Source: Candidatus Caldarchaeum sp. (GTDB taxonomy: Archaea; Thermoproteota; Nitrososphaeria_A; Caldarchaeales; Caldarchaeaceae). Taken from it: 64,000 nt of DNA. The position numbers were made by a program, and so were the translations under genes. Position 1 is the stretch's first letter, and every line of letters starts with the position of its first letter. The stretch lies in contig JAWBKB010000001.1 of the NCBI GenBank assembly GCA_038831915.1, positions 32,001 through 96,000 of the forward strand, in the 5' to 3' direction. The notes beneath the pieces were generated by a model that worked only from the letters and a program-made list of their open reading frames with translations, was not told the DNA's origin and searched no databases. Shown one piece after another: positions 39,276 through 49,035 of this stretch.

Positions 39276-39623
39276 TTGCCAGCTAAGCTTTCGAAACTCG
39301 AAGAAAAGGCTCTCACTCTGTTGATGCAGCACGAAGAAGGAATGCTGCAGTCCGAGCTTTGGCACAAGCTCGGCGTAACCAGTCGGGAAGGCTCTCGTAT
39401 CGGCATTAAGCTTGAACGGAAAGGATACATTAAACGCGTCAAAGCTTTTTCAAACGACCGCTGGACAAGACGTCTCGTCCCCCTTATAAAGCAGATCAAT
39501 ATCACACCTTTGATCGGTGTTCCCTGTCCTTCATGTGTGTATGATCAGGTATGCGGGCCTCGCGGCGAGCCACACTATAAAACATGTATACTGCTAGATG
39601 AATGGCTGAACAGTTCGAAATGA
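39276..39623 (+). CDS. TFE-beta / RNA polymerase III C34(C39)-like winged-helix protein with Fe-S motif
   Basis: wHTH (QSELWHKLG...SRI..KLERKGYI) plus C-terminal PCxxCx5Cx10CxxLxEWL; adjacent to tfb. Confidence 0.85.
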   Translation: MPAKLSKLEEKALTLLMQHEEGMLQSELWHKLGVTSREGSRIGIKLERKGYIKRVKAFSNDRWTRRLVPLIKQINITPLIGVPCPSCVYDQVCGPRGEPHYKTCILLDEWLNSSK

Positions 39624-40267
39624 CGAAGGAGCAGTGGCTTCAGCGGAGGAGTGAAGACCCGTTTTGGCGAAAGGCTAAGGAGTTTGGCTACCCCTCGAGG
39701 GCGGCGTTTAAGCTTCTCGAAATTCAGAAGCGTTGGCGTGTCATCCGTGAAGGAGACAAGGTTCTCGACCTCGGCGCCGCTCCTGGTGGAATGACGGCTG
39801 TCGAGTCTGACATCGTCGGCGATAAAGGACTCGTGGTCGCTGTTGATGTCGAGGAATTGAAGTTGCAAAGGCCGAACGTGATTTTCGTCAAAGCGGACGT
39901 GTTTGAAACCCGGTTTGTCCGCGAGCTGGAAAACATTCTCCAAAGTGAATTTTTCGACACCGTCATTTCAGACCTTTCACCACATCATTCCGGAGACTAT
40001 GACCTGCTTGTTGAACAACAGCTCGAACTTCTTGACGCTGTTTTGGATATTTGCCGACGGTTTCTCAGACCTGGTGGAACCGTTGTCTTGAAAGCGTTTG
40101 AACATCCCTCTCTGCGGGTCTTCGAGCAGAGGATGGTGAGAAGCTTTCGAAAAATTGAAAGATACGTGCCCCGCGCCTCTAAGAAAGGCAGTAGCGAAAT
40201 CTTTCTTCTCGGCTTCGGATACAGAGGTATGCGTCGGCTGCAACACGTCGAGCCTACCCGAGCTTAA
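39620..40267 (+). CDS. rlmE: 23S rRNA 2'-O-methyltransferase RlmE/FtsJ
   Basis: YPSRAAFKLLEI, DLGAAPGG, SDLSP, ASKKGSSE motifs; ATGA overlap at 39620. Confidence 0.92.
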   Translation: MTKEQWLQRRSEDPFWRKAKEFGYPSRAAFKLLEIQKRWRVIREGDKVLDLGAAPGGMTAVESDIVGDKGLVVAVDVEELKLQRPNVIFVKADVFETRFVRELENILQSEFFDTVISDLSPHHSGDYDLLVEQQLELLDAVLDICRRFLRPGGTVVLKAFEHPSLRVFEQRMVRSFRKIERYVPRASKKGSSEIFLLGFGYRGMRRLQHVEPTRA

Positions 40268-41430
40268 CCGAAAGCTAATTCGAAAATTTTCTCGATGGGA
40301 GCGTTTGTTTTCACAGCCGTTGGGTCGATGTGTGTCTGCGACGCCAAATACCCCGACTGCCTGAGCTTCTGAACGAGCTTCAAAGGCGAGGGGGGATGTG
40401 TCTTCGCTACTTGAGCGATTCGGTCAACAGGATAGAACCCCACAGTGTCTATTTCCTCCGCGATGGTTGAGAGGATTTTGGCTGCGTGGGTTAGGTCATC
40501 CGAATTCTTTAACATCTTGTCCACGATCTCGGGTTCGTGTAAGGGTCCTGTCCAAGCAGGTCCGGAGACAGACATCTGTTTTCCGCATTTTGGACACGTC
40601 GGGTTTGGGAGGGTTAGAGCGGGATGCTGGCTGTGGTATAGGCATGTGCAGGCCAGTATCCATCCCAGTTGTTCGACGAGTTTGATGGTTTTCGAGCGTC
40701 TTCGTGTTACGTGGAAAAAAATACGGATGAAATGCCGGTGATAAACGCTGAGAACAGGTTTCGCAGCGATGTTGTTGGCCGCCGCACGCAAGATGACGTT
40801 GCCGGCGAGAACACGGACCCCAGTCTCTTTCGCGAAAAAATTTTTCCCCACCAACAGGCCGTATTTTCGAAGACACGCGGATGGCTTGTTTCCCACTAAA
40901 GTCGACACATCTGTGGCCGAAACACCGATAAAACCATCATTCTTCACCGCGCGCAAACTGTTTTCCAGAAACTTGACCGGTGAACCAACCGGGTCCACGT
41001 CCACGTAGTCAACTCGTTTCTCCTTAGCAGCCAATTCGGAAAGAAGCACGGCCGCGTCGCCTTCGTAAAAGTCGCATCTATCAATAACACCGTTTATCTC
41101 CGCGTTGTGTTTAGCTGTTTTGACTGCGTTAGGGTTGATGTCGTTTATCAAAGCTTTCGACACGGTGTCGGTTTCGACGAGCAGCCGGATACTTCGGACA
41201 CCGGAGCCGCCGAGTGGCTCAGCGACGACCACGCCGCGGTTGAATGCTCTTGCCAGGACAACTGTCAAATCACGGGATAGGCTGGAAAACGGGTTGTAGA
41301 AAACGGGCCATTTTCTTGGTGCGGCTGGCTCCCCTATCGGCGTTGTCGGAAACGCTGGTGCAAGAAACTTTACACGTCCTTCGCTGTACCATTTGACCGG
41401 AAACCCGAATTCGTTCAGCTTTTCAACCAA
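40264..41430 (-). CDS. trm1: tRNA (guanine26-N2)-dimethyltransferase
   Basis: VFYNP, SGVRSIR, DVDPVGSP, SATD, Zn finger, GPAWTGPL motifs. Confidence 0.93.
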   Translation of the reverse strand: MVEKLNEFGFPVKWYSEGRVKFLAPAFPTTPIGEPAAPRKWPVFYNPFSSLSRDLTVVLARAFNRGVVVAEPLGGSGVRSIRLLVETDTVSKALINDINPNAVKTAKHNAEINGVIDRCDFYEGDAAVLLSELAAKEKRVDYVDVDPVGSPVKFLENSLRAVKNDGFIGVSATDVSTLVGNKPSACLRKYGLLVGKNFFAKETGVRVLAGNVILRAAANNIAAKPVLSVYHRHFIRIFFHVTRRRSKTIKLVEQLGWILACTCLYHSQHPALTLPNPTCPKCGKQMSVSGPAWTGPLHEPEIVDKMLKNSDDLTHAAKILSTIAEEIDTVGFYPVDRIAQVAKTHPPSPLKLVQKLRQSGYLASQTHIDPTAVKTNAPIEKIFELAFG

Positions 41431-41963
41431 TCTTTCATCACCGTGTAGACTTTCTCAGGAATGATGGCTCGGTTTTCCAGCGTCAACTCGTAGAGATGAC
41501 TTCCGGCGTGTCTCTTCACGGCCTCCACGACGGCGTGCTTTGCCGCGTAATGAACCGTGAACAGGCTTAATTTGTCGGCATTTAAGATTTCAAACACAGT
41601 TTCTACGAATTGCGGGGCGGTTAACTCCATGGGCCCTATTTCGTCCACCGCTATAACCTCTACATCAGTTTCCAACTGTTCCCGCATATGTTTCGACATA
41701 TTCCCCACGTTGAATACATTGACAACGTATTTGCCGACACGCGGTCCCCGGCCTTCACCAACCCATGCAAGCGTCGAAACATTTCCGGAAACGAGGTCAA
41801 CCATTTCAAAACCAACTCTGAGACCTCTTTCACGTACTTCACGCGAATAAAACCCAGCCACGTTTACTCCGTCTTTTCGAAGCAATTCGACTATTTTGAC
41901 GAACGCGGTTGTTTTCCCGATTCCTGGCCTGCCCGTCAAAGCTGCAATCCTAGAACTGGTCAA
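41415..41963 (-). CDS. THEP1-family nucleoside triphosphatase
   Basis: TGRPGIGKTT, RVGKYVV, DEIGPME motifs. Confidence 0.92.
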   Translation of the reverse strand: MTSSRIAALTGRPGIGKTTAFVKIVELLRKDGVNVAGFYSREVRERGLRVGFEMVDLVSGNVSTLAWVGEGRGPRVGKYVVNVFNVGNMSKHMREQLETDVEVIAVDEIGPMELTAPQFVETVFEILNADKLSLFTVHYAAKHAVVEAVKRHAGSHLYELTLENRAIIPEKVYTVMKDWLKS

Positions 41964-42600
41964 GAGTAGTCTGCCTCAGCCTGTCTAAAGTTTTCCATCC
42001 ATGCCGCACATATTTTCCGTATTCGGGCTTGCTGCTGTTTTCCATCAACCATTTGCGTGTCAAGGGGTCCGATGGATAGCCTGAGCCAAAATCGCCCAAA
42101 ATTTTTCTAAGCTGCTCGATTTTCTTATCCCGCATGACTTTTGCCACAATAGAAGCAGCGGCAATCAAAACATTTCTACTATCGCCGTGAACCATGCAAC
42201 GCACCTCGACATCATGTCTGACGTGGCTGACTATTCGGCTCCTGGCTTTCCGCACGTCTCTATCGGGTGAATCAACGTAGACAACATCAGGCCTGAATCG
42301 TTTGACGAGCTCGGCGATGGACATGTATTCGACCTCGTTCAACCCCATGCCGCCGTGAACACGGAGGCTCTCCGAAACTTTCCGCGGCTTTATCACCACG
42401 TATTCGAACCGGTAATGCTGTTTGAAAATCTGGAATAGCTCGAGCCTCCGACGCGGCGACAAAACCTTCGAATCCGCCACACCGTAATCTTTCAACTTCC
42501 TCAAATCACGCGGAGCCGCTGCAAAAGCGGCAATAACCAAAGGCCCGATTACACAGCCTCTACCTGCTTCATCTATGCCGCAAACCAGTTTACCGGCCAT
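41950..42600 (-). CDS. rnhB: Ribonuclease HII
   Basis: GIDEAGRG, DSK, AASIVAKV, GSGYPSDP motifs. Confidence 0.95.
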   Translation of the reverse strand: MAGKLVCGIDEAGRGCVIGPLVIAAFAAAPRDLRKLKDYGVADSKVLSPRRRLELFQIFKQHYRFEYVVIKPRKVSESLRVHGGMGLNEVEYMSIAELVKRFRPDVVYVDSPDRDVRKARSRIVSHVRHDVEVRCMVHGDSRNVLIAAASIVAKVMRDKKIEQLRKILGDFGSGYPSDPLTRKWLMENSSKPEYGKYVRHGWKTLDRLRQTTLDQF

Positions 42601-43288
42601 GGTAAACCGCTACAACCATAACGTGGTCCTTTTCATAAGGCTCAAGGTTCAGCTTCTGGATGATTTCGAATTTGTTTTCTGCGAGTATTTTCACCTCTTT
42701 ATCGACGACTTTTTCCGGGTCTTCGACGCTGTCTATGCTTCGGGCTTTAACCGCGACCAACACACCTCCACCACGTTTCAGCATCAGCCGGCAGTTCGAC
42801 GCCACCAGCCTCGCCTGTTCAGGCTGGGCGACATCCGCGTAAACAACATCAACAGCGCCAACTAGGTGGCTGTAGTTTTCAGGCCGAGTCGCATCCGCCA
42901 AAATAGGGACCACGTTCTTCCTTTTTTCAACGACGTTGCGGATAAACTGCTGCATCACCTTAGCTGAAAAATCGACGCCGTAAACCATCCCTATGTTACC
43001 GACGATATCCGACACATGGGAGACAGTGGTGCCGGAGGCTGAGCCAAGATACAATACTCTGGCTCCGGGCTTGATGAAAATTTCATCGACATCTTTGACT
43101 ATGGCTGCGGCAAGCTTGCTTCGGAAAGGATTCCAAACACGGTATTCTACGCCTTCGAACCGAATTAAATCCTCCCCATACACCTGAAAACCTTCAGCCA
43201 AGTTGATTGTTGCGGGACGTGTGCCTTCATATCCTTCAACCATGAAAACACCTTCAAATCGTGGATGCTTCTTCATAATAGGCTTCAT
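42590..43288 (-). CDS. flpA: Fibrillarin (box C/D methyltransferase)
   Basis: WNPFRSKLAA, LYLGSASGTTVSHVSD, DVAQPEQ motifs. Confidence 0.96.
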   Translation of the reverse strand: MKPIMKKHPRFEGVFMVEGYEGTRPATINLAEGFQVYGEDLIRFEGVEYRVWNPFRSKLAAAIVKDVDEIFIKPGARVLYLGSASGTTVSHVSDIVGNIGMVYGVDFSAKVMQQFIRNVVEKRKNVVPILADATRPENYSHLVGAVDVVYADVAQPEQARLVASNCRLMLKRGGGVLVAVKARSIDSVEDPEKVVDKEVKILAENKFEIIQKLNLEPYEKDHVMVVAVYHGR

Positions 43289-44463
43289 CGCCTTCTCCTT
43301 CTCCTTTCAACAGGCTTGGTCACAGCTTTTTTCACCGGTGGCGAAGCATATTTGCGGCGGATTTCCTCCACCCGTTTCTCAAGCGATTCACGAAGAACTG
43401 CACTACGGTCCTCTTTGCTGAAATAGTCGATGCGAGCGGCGATGCTAATCTTAGTTGCAAGAGCTCTGGCGATTTTACCCCTCTGCCATTTCGGCGCGCT
43501 GTGAACAAGCGGGTGCTGGAAGATAACTCCGTGTTTCGGTGCTCCACGCCCAGTCTTTAGGAAGCGGAACAGTGCTTTTTCAGCTCCCAAAACCTGCACC
43601 GTGCTCGCCGGAAGACGGGCCAATTTTTCCAAACTACCGGCAAGAGAAATCAACCGACTGCCCAACACGGGGCCCGCGACAGCGGAAAGATTAGGCGCCT
43701 CGGACGCCATCAATTCTCGAACGTATTCTGACATCTTTTCTGCAAGCCTGCTCACCTCAACTCCGAGCGCGGCGAGCGATGAAAGAGCTGACGCGTCTTT
43801 TTTAAACAACGGTCCACCTATGGATTTCCGGGCTGCGTCAGCCACTTTGGCAACGTCTTCGCTTTTCAAAAGCTTCGACAGCATTTTCTCTTCAACCTCG
43901 TCCCGTAAAAGAGGCTGCGAAACAAGTTGCAGAAAATCGTCAATGTCCGAAACTATGCTTGAAAGTTCAGGAAAATGAACGTCATACCATTCTTTCACCC
44001 TGACGTAGATTTGGTTTTTCATTTTTTCGAGGTCGTCTAAAGCCCTAACTGAATGCACTATGTGAAGGTCTCTTCTTCCCGCTACGGTCGCGATTGCTTG
44101 ACGAGCCATTTCCGTCAAAACATCTCTGACAAGGCTTCGGTAACGTTCCACTTCTTCACCAGAGAGAAGAGATTCCAAATCAATTACAGAGGGTTCAGCA
44201 TATTCGACTACGAGGCCGAATCTTCCAGCAAAATTTTTCAAGAACTCGCCGATTCTTTCATCCCAGTAAGCCAAAACGCCGAAACCTTTTTCACGTGCTG
44301 ATGTGAGAAAACTTTCGACATAGCTTTCTGGAACATATCCTGATTGGAGATTTTTAGCGATTTCAGCAGGAGTTTGGGCGAAAGGCTTCAACTCCACCCG
44401 TCCAAGGCTTTCGTCCAACAAAGCCCAACCGACCGCCGTCAAAACAACAACAGCCCGCGACAT
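43285..44463 (-). CDS. nop5: Box C/D RNP protein Nop5 (Nop56/58)
   Basis: EWYDVHFPEL, PASTVQVLGAEKALF, PKHGVIFQ motifs. Confidence 0.96.
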   Translation of the reverse strand: MSRAVVVLTAVGWALLDESLGRVELKPFAQTPAEIAKNLQSGYVPESYVESFLTSAREKGFGVLAYWDERIGEFLKNFAGRFGLVVEYAEPSVIDLESLLSGEEVERYRSLVRDVLTEMARQAIATVAGRRDLHIVHSVRALDDLEKMKNQIYVRVKEWYDVHFPELSSIVSDIDDFLQLVSQPLLRDEVEEKMLSKLLKSEDVAKVADAARKSIGGPLFKKDASALSSLAALGVEVSRLAEKMSEYVRELMASEAPNLSAVAGPVLGSRLISLAGSLEKLARLPASTVQVLGAEKALFRFLKTGRGAPKHGVIFQHPLVHSAPKWQRGKIARALATKISIAARIDYFSKEDRSAVLRESLEKRVEEIRRKYASPPVKKAVTKPVERRRRRR

Positions 44464-44854
44464 CCTTCACTCAAACTGTTAACGCGACATTTAAAAAATA
44501 TGAACACAGCTATCGACACGCGTTACACATCGACTCTGTGAACCAGGGTTTAAACAAACAGGTTCTCTTTAAAGAGTTGCGACAAAGACAGAGGCTATCC
44601 CCTTGACCTTCTTATTAGCAGCCCTTCCACACACTCCCCGCTTTTATGCTCGAAGACAGTTACATCCAAGCTAACTCCAACACCTTTTTTCATCTCAAAC
44701 GCTCATAAGGATTTTACCGCCATTCGTTTGAGCACATGTCTATCAAATGCTAATCAGTCCATAACCATGCCTTCAAACCAGTTGTCGAGATAAGGTTCCG
44801 GTCAGGTTTTATCCGTAGGTCGTTGATAAGGTAAAAAGGTTTTTCGCCGACTTG

Positions 44855-45271
44855 TTATTCGCCGATTACTTGGATGAGGATTTTACGGGTTCTAGGGCCG
44901 TCGAATTCGGCGGCGATGATTGACTGCCATGTGCCGCGGACTGTTTTTCCGTCCTGCACTGCGAGAGTGACCACGGGCGACAGAAGTATCGACCGTAGGT
45001 GTGAAAATGTGTTTGCTGTTGGGTCGATGGTGTCGTGGTGATAGCCTTTCTGCGGCGGTGCGAGTTTTTCGAGAAATTCGAGAACATCCTGCCGAAGGTT
45101 CGACTCGTTTTCGTTGAGATAAAGAGCCATCGTCGTATGCATCGAAAAAACGTTGACAACTCCGTTTTTGATTCCCGAAGCTTGAACAGATTTTTCAACT
45201 CTGTCGGAAACATCATTGAGCTCGATTCGGGATTTCGTGTTCAAAACAATTGTGTCGAAAAAGACCTTCAT
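44855..45271 (-). CDS. YjbQ/UPF0047 family protein
   Basis: HTT..NE, SHLRS, GTWQSI..EFDGPR motifs. Confidence 0.9.
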   Translation of the reverse strand: MKVFFDTIVLNTKSRIELNDVSDRVEKSVQASGIKNGVVNVFSMHTTMALYLNENESNLRQDVLEFLEKLAPPQKGYHHDTIDPTANTFSHLRSILLSPVVTLAVQDGKTVRGTWQSIIAAEFDGPRTRKILIQVIGE

Positions 45272-45303
45272 CAGTTACTTTACTAGCGCGCGGTTAATAA
45301 GAG

Positions 45304-46224
45304 TTAGCTGAAGCTGGGTAACACTTCGCGGGCGAACGACCTGACGTTCGATGAATCGGGGTCCATGTCCCGTAAAATTATTAACCCGGCACCTAGGTTT
45401 TTGAGTTCTTCAACTTGCTTGATGACTTTGTCAGGTGTTCCGTGTAGGATGGTGAATGTTTTCCGTAACGCGCCTTCCTCGGATTCGAAGGGCCCGAAAT
45501 GTTTGAGCCTCTCAGCTTTTTCAGCGTCGTTCGAGTAAATTAACGTGTTGGTGAAAACTGATTTGGATGGTTTGCGGCCGAAGTTTTTTACGGCTTCGTC
45601 GTAAACAGCCACTGCGTTACGGTATTCCTCCAATGTCTCGCCGTAGAAGTTCCATCCGTCTCCAAGCTCCGCGGCAATTTGTATCATTTTTCTCTTCCGC
45701 GCCCCTATCCAGATGAATGTTGTGGGCCGTTGAACGGATGGCGTGTTGCAAACCGCTTTCGAAAGACGGTAAAACTTGCCGTCAAAATCAACCGCTCCAG
45801 AATCTTTGAGCAAAAGCCTCAGAACAGTCACGTATTCCCTGAATCTGTTCGACGTTTCTTTAGGGGGCCATTTTTCCATTCCGAGTGATTCAAGCTCTTC
45901 GGCCTGCGGCTCGGATCCTGTGCCGATTCCAAGTTCAAGGCGGCCGTTGCTAATGACGTCGAGTGTTCCGGCCATTTTCGCGAGAAGAGATGGATGACGA
46001 TAGCAGGAACAGAGCACGACCGTGCCAAGCCTCGCATCGGTCAGCGGAGCAAGAGCCGACAGAAGAGTCCACGATTCTAAAATTCTTGACGCCCGCCGCG
46101 GCTGAAGATGGTCGGTGACCCATAAAGACGAAAATCCAAGGTCTTCAAACATCACCGCGGAATCAACGACCTTGCGGAAATCCACGTCGTATCGTGGAAG
46201 AACCGCTCCAAAGAAAACAACCAT
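45304..46224 (-). CDS. LLM-class (luciferase-like) flavin/F420-dependent oxidoreductase
   Basis: LWVTDH, YRHPSLLAKM..TLD.ISNGRLELGIG, DGWN motifs. Start set at ATG 46224. Confidence 0.88.
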   Translation of the reverse strand: MVVFFGAVLPRYDVDFRKVVDSAVMFEDLGFSSLWVTDHLQPRRASRILESWTLLSALAPLTDARLGTVVLCSCYRHPSLLAKMAGTLDVISNGRLELGIGTGSEPQAEELESLGMEKWPPKETSNRFREYVTVLRLLLKDSGAVDFDGKFYRLSKAVCNTPSVQRPTTFIWIGARKRKMIQIAAELGDGWNFYGETLEEYRNAVAVYDEAVKNFGRKPSKSVFTNTLIYSNDAEKAERLKHFGPFESEEGALRKTFTILHGTPDKVIKQVEELKNLGAGLIILRDMDPDSSNVRSFAREVLPSFS

Positions 46225-46311
46225 GACCAATTTTCCACATGATGCAATATTAAACGTTGCATTTTCAAGCAACTCTCTCATGATAAATTCTGGAACACGT
46301 TTTCATCTGTT

Positions 46312-48435
46312 GTGGAAGGCCGTTTACTCGACGTTGTCTGCCGTAATGACGGAGTAGTGATATGGGTTCGAAACGAGAAAACCGTGTTCAAAGATTTTGT
46401 GAAATGGATGCCGTCACTCTACTTCGCGGGCCCTCGCGATGTTTTAGATGAGCTGGGGAAGGCTTTGGAGGAAAGATACGTTGTTAGAAATAGGTTGAAA
46501 CGAGTTCTTGGAATCGGTTGGGTTGATGTTCTCGAAGTGGAAACACCCGTTTCCGAGAAGAGGTTTCTCGCCGACTTTGTGACGTCTCGCTGGGGTTCGC
46601 GCGGAATCCAAGTCTTCAACGTAGACCTGCCGGCTTCTCAGGAATTTCTCTACAGGTTTGATTTAGCTCCCATCGTCACGGTGGAAAAAAGGGACGGAAT
46701 GTTCAGAGCGGTCGAGTCTGTTGAAAACCCCTTTTACGACGTTTCTTTTCTCCGCGTGTGCTTTCTCAAAGCGGTCGTCGGCTCTGGGCCTTTGCCCTCT
46801 TTCACGGATGTTCTCCGCATGGTTCAGCTCGAAATTGACGGAGAGAAAATCGTTCTCGAAGGCGGTGAAGAAACAATTCTCATGGATTTTGCCAAGGTTT
46901 TGAATGATTTTGACGTCGACGTTGTCATCACGGAGGGCGGCGATTCTTTTTTGATGCGATATCTTCGTTACAGGGCGAAGCTTCATGGAATTGTTCTTCG
47001 GCTCGGCCGAGAAGAAGACCCGCGAAGCCGTGGCAAAAGTTTTTCCTACATGAGCTACGGCAGAGTTTACCATAGCTTTTCAGCGTTCAAGCTACGTGGA
47101 AGGCTTCACATCGACGCCGACAACTCCATGCTCTACAGAGAAACAGGTCTTCACGGTGTTTTAGAGGTAGCCCGAGTGGTCCGGGTTCCTGTTCAAGACG
47201 CGGCGCGGTACACCATAGGCCGCTGCATGACATCTCTTCAGTATCATCAAGCTTTTCTCAACGATGTTTTGATTCCCGCCGATGGTGGAAGGCCTTTCTA
47301 CGCCACAGGTGCGGAGTTGATGCATGTCGATAGAGGCGGATGGATTCTCGACCATAGGCCCGGCGTGTACTGGAACGTCGGCGAACTTGACTTCCACAGC
47401 CTTTACCCCATGTTGATGGTGAAAAACAACATCAGCGGTGAAACGGTTAACTGCCGCTGCTGCGGCGGCGACGACATACCGGAAATCGGCTACCACGTCT
47501 GCCGAAAATGGCGGGGAATTGTGCCGCGAGCCGTCGAAAAGCCTTTGAAAAGAAGACTCGAATACAAAAAACTTTTCCAAGAAACGGGAAACAAGATTTT
47601 CAAAGCGAGGTCGGACGCGCTCAAATGGATTTTAGTGACTTCTTTCGGATATCTCGGATACAAGAAAGCGAAGTTCGGTAGCAGAGAAGCACATCTCGCC
47701 GTCTGCGCTCTCGCCCGTGATACGTTGCTGAAAAGCGTGCGGCTCGCCGAAGAACATGGATTCAAAGTTTTACACGGCATCGTCGACTGTCTCTGGATTT
47801 GGAAGGAAAATGCTTCGGAAGACGACTACAGAAAGTTTGGAGAAATCCTGGAAAAGGAAGTCAACCTACCGGTCGGATACGAAGGAACTTTTCAATGGAT
47901 AGTTTTCCTCGAATCGAGAAAAACTCCTGAAAGACCTGTTAACAACAGGTATTTCGGCGTCTACACCGACGGCCGGATAAAATGCAGGGGAATAGAGGCG
48001 CGGCGAAGAGACACGCCTCAACTGGTTAAGAAGATGCAACTGGAGATGATCGGGAAGCTTGCTGAAATTCGTTCACGTGATGAAGTGGATGAAAAAATAC
48101 GTGAATGCGAAAAAATCTATCGGGCATATTTGAAAACGCTTTATCTCGGTGGTTTCGACGTCGAGGAGCTGGCGGTTAAGCGGAGCATTTCAGCTCCGGT
48201 AAACAGCTACTGTAAAAAACTCAAACACGTCGAGGCGGCGAAGATGCTTGAAGAGATGGGTGCCGTGGTTGCTCCCGGCGAATCTGTGAAATACGTGGTG
48301 AAAAAAACCCGCGGCATCCCGGTTCAGCTTCTACAGAGCAGGGACTACGACCCAGACTACTACGCCGATTTTCTCCGAAGAAGCTACGAAACTGTTGTAT
48401 CGCCTTTTCTACTCTATCTCGGCGGCGGTCGGTAG
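46312..48435 (+). CDS. polB2: Family B DNA polymerase, PolB2 (Dpo2) group
   Basis: DFHSLYP (motif A); KWILVTSFGY in place of KxxxNSxYG; HGIVDC in place of YGDTDS; GIEARRRD; exonuclease motifs not recognisable. Confidence 0.85.
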   Translation: MEGRLLDVVCRNDGVVIWVRNEKTVFKDFVKWMPSLYFAGPRDVLDELGKALEERYVVRNRLKRVLGIGWVDVLEVETPVSEKRFLADFVTSRWGSRGIQVFNVDLPASQEFLYRFDLAPIVTVEKRDGMFRAVESVENPFYDVSFLRVCFLKAVVGSGPLPSFTDVLRMVQLEIDGEKIVLEGGEETILMDFAKVLNDFDVDVVITEGGDSFLMRYLRYRAKLHGIVLRLGREEDPRSRGKSFSYMSYGRVYHSFSAFKLRGRLHIDADNSMLYRETGLHGVLEVARVVRVPVQDAARYTIGRCMTSLQYHQAFLNDVLIPADGGRPFYATGAELMHVDRGGWILDHRPGVYWNVGELDFHSLYPMLMVKNNISGETVNCRCCGGDDIPEIGYHVCRKWRGIVPRAVEKPLKRRLEYKKLFQETGNKIFKARSDALKWILVTSFGYLGYKKAKFGSREAHLAVCALARDTLLKSVRLAEEHGFKVLHGIVDCLWIWKENASEDDYRKFGEILEKEVNLPVGYEGTFQWIVFLESRKTPERPVNNRYFGVYTDGRIKCRGIEARRRDTPQLVKKMQLEMIGKLAEIRSRDEVDEKIRECEKIYRAYLKTLYLGGFDVEELAVKRSISAPVNSYCKKLKHVEAAKMLEEMGAVVAPGESVKYVVKKTRGIPVQLLQSRDYDPDYYADFLRRSYETVVSPFLLYLGGGR

Positions 48436-49035
48436 CGCCATGAAGTCTTCCGGCTTTACGATGGCGTCGAAATCCGGTGTAAGCTGCCCCCTTTCTTCAA
48501 GTACACGCCTAGTCAAATACCAGAACGCGTAGGGGAGAGATGTTCGGCTTCTGTTGTTCATCGGGATTACAAGGTCAACGTTCGAACATGTGTTGTCGGT
48601 GCTGCACATCGCTATGACAGGTATCCTCGCTATCGCAGCTTCTTCAAGTGCTTGAACATCGTAACGAGGGTCTGATATGATTACCAACGATGGCTCCATG
48701 TAGTTTTTCAGCGTCCTGTTAGTGAGCACGCCTGCCATCATCTTTCCAGCCACCGCCACCGCGCCCGTGAGCTCAGCGAACTTCGTTACAGCCCTCATCC
48801 CGAAAACATGTGTCGAAACAGCAACCACTTCGTTCGCCGGATAATATGAGATGAGTTTGGCGGCGAGGTTTAGCCTTTCCAGAATTTTTTTGACGTCGAA
48901 GAGATAAACACCGTCATACCTCATGCGGAATATGAAGGACTCCATATGTTTGACTTTGATGCGTGAGCCGATGTGGACGTTGTATTTGACGAGTTGTTCC
49001 AGAATTTCAGCTTCTTGTTCAGCGGACAAGGTCAT
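48409..49035 (-). CDS. rps2: 30S ribosomal protein S2
   Basis: VHIG, DPRYDVQA..EA, DLVIPMNN motifs. Confidence 0.95.
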   Translation of the reverse strand: MTLSAEQEAEILEQLVKYNVHIGSRIKVKHMESFIFRMRYDGVYLFDVKKILERLNLAAKLISYYPANEVVAVSTHVFGMRAVTKFAELTGAVAVAGKMMAGVLTNRTLKNYMEPSLVIISDPRYDVQALEEAAIARIPVIAMCSTDNTCSNVDLVIPMNNRSRTSLPYAFWYLTRRVLEERGQLTPDFDAIVKPEDFMALPTAAEIE

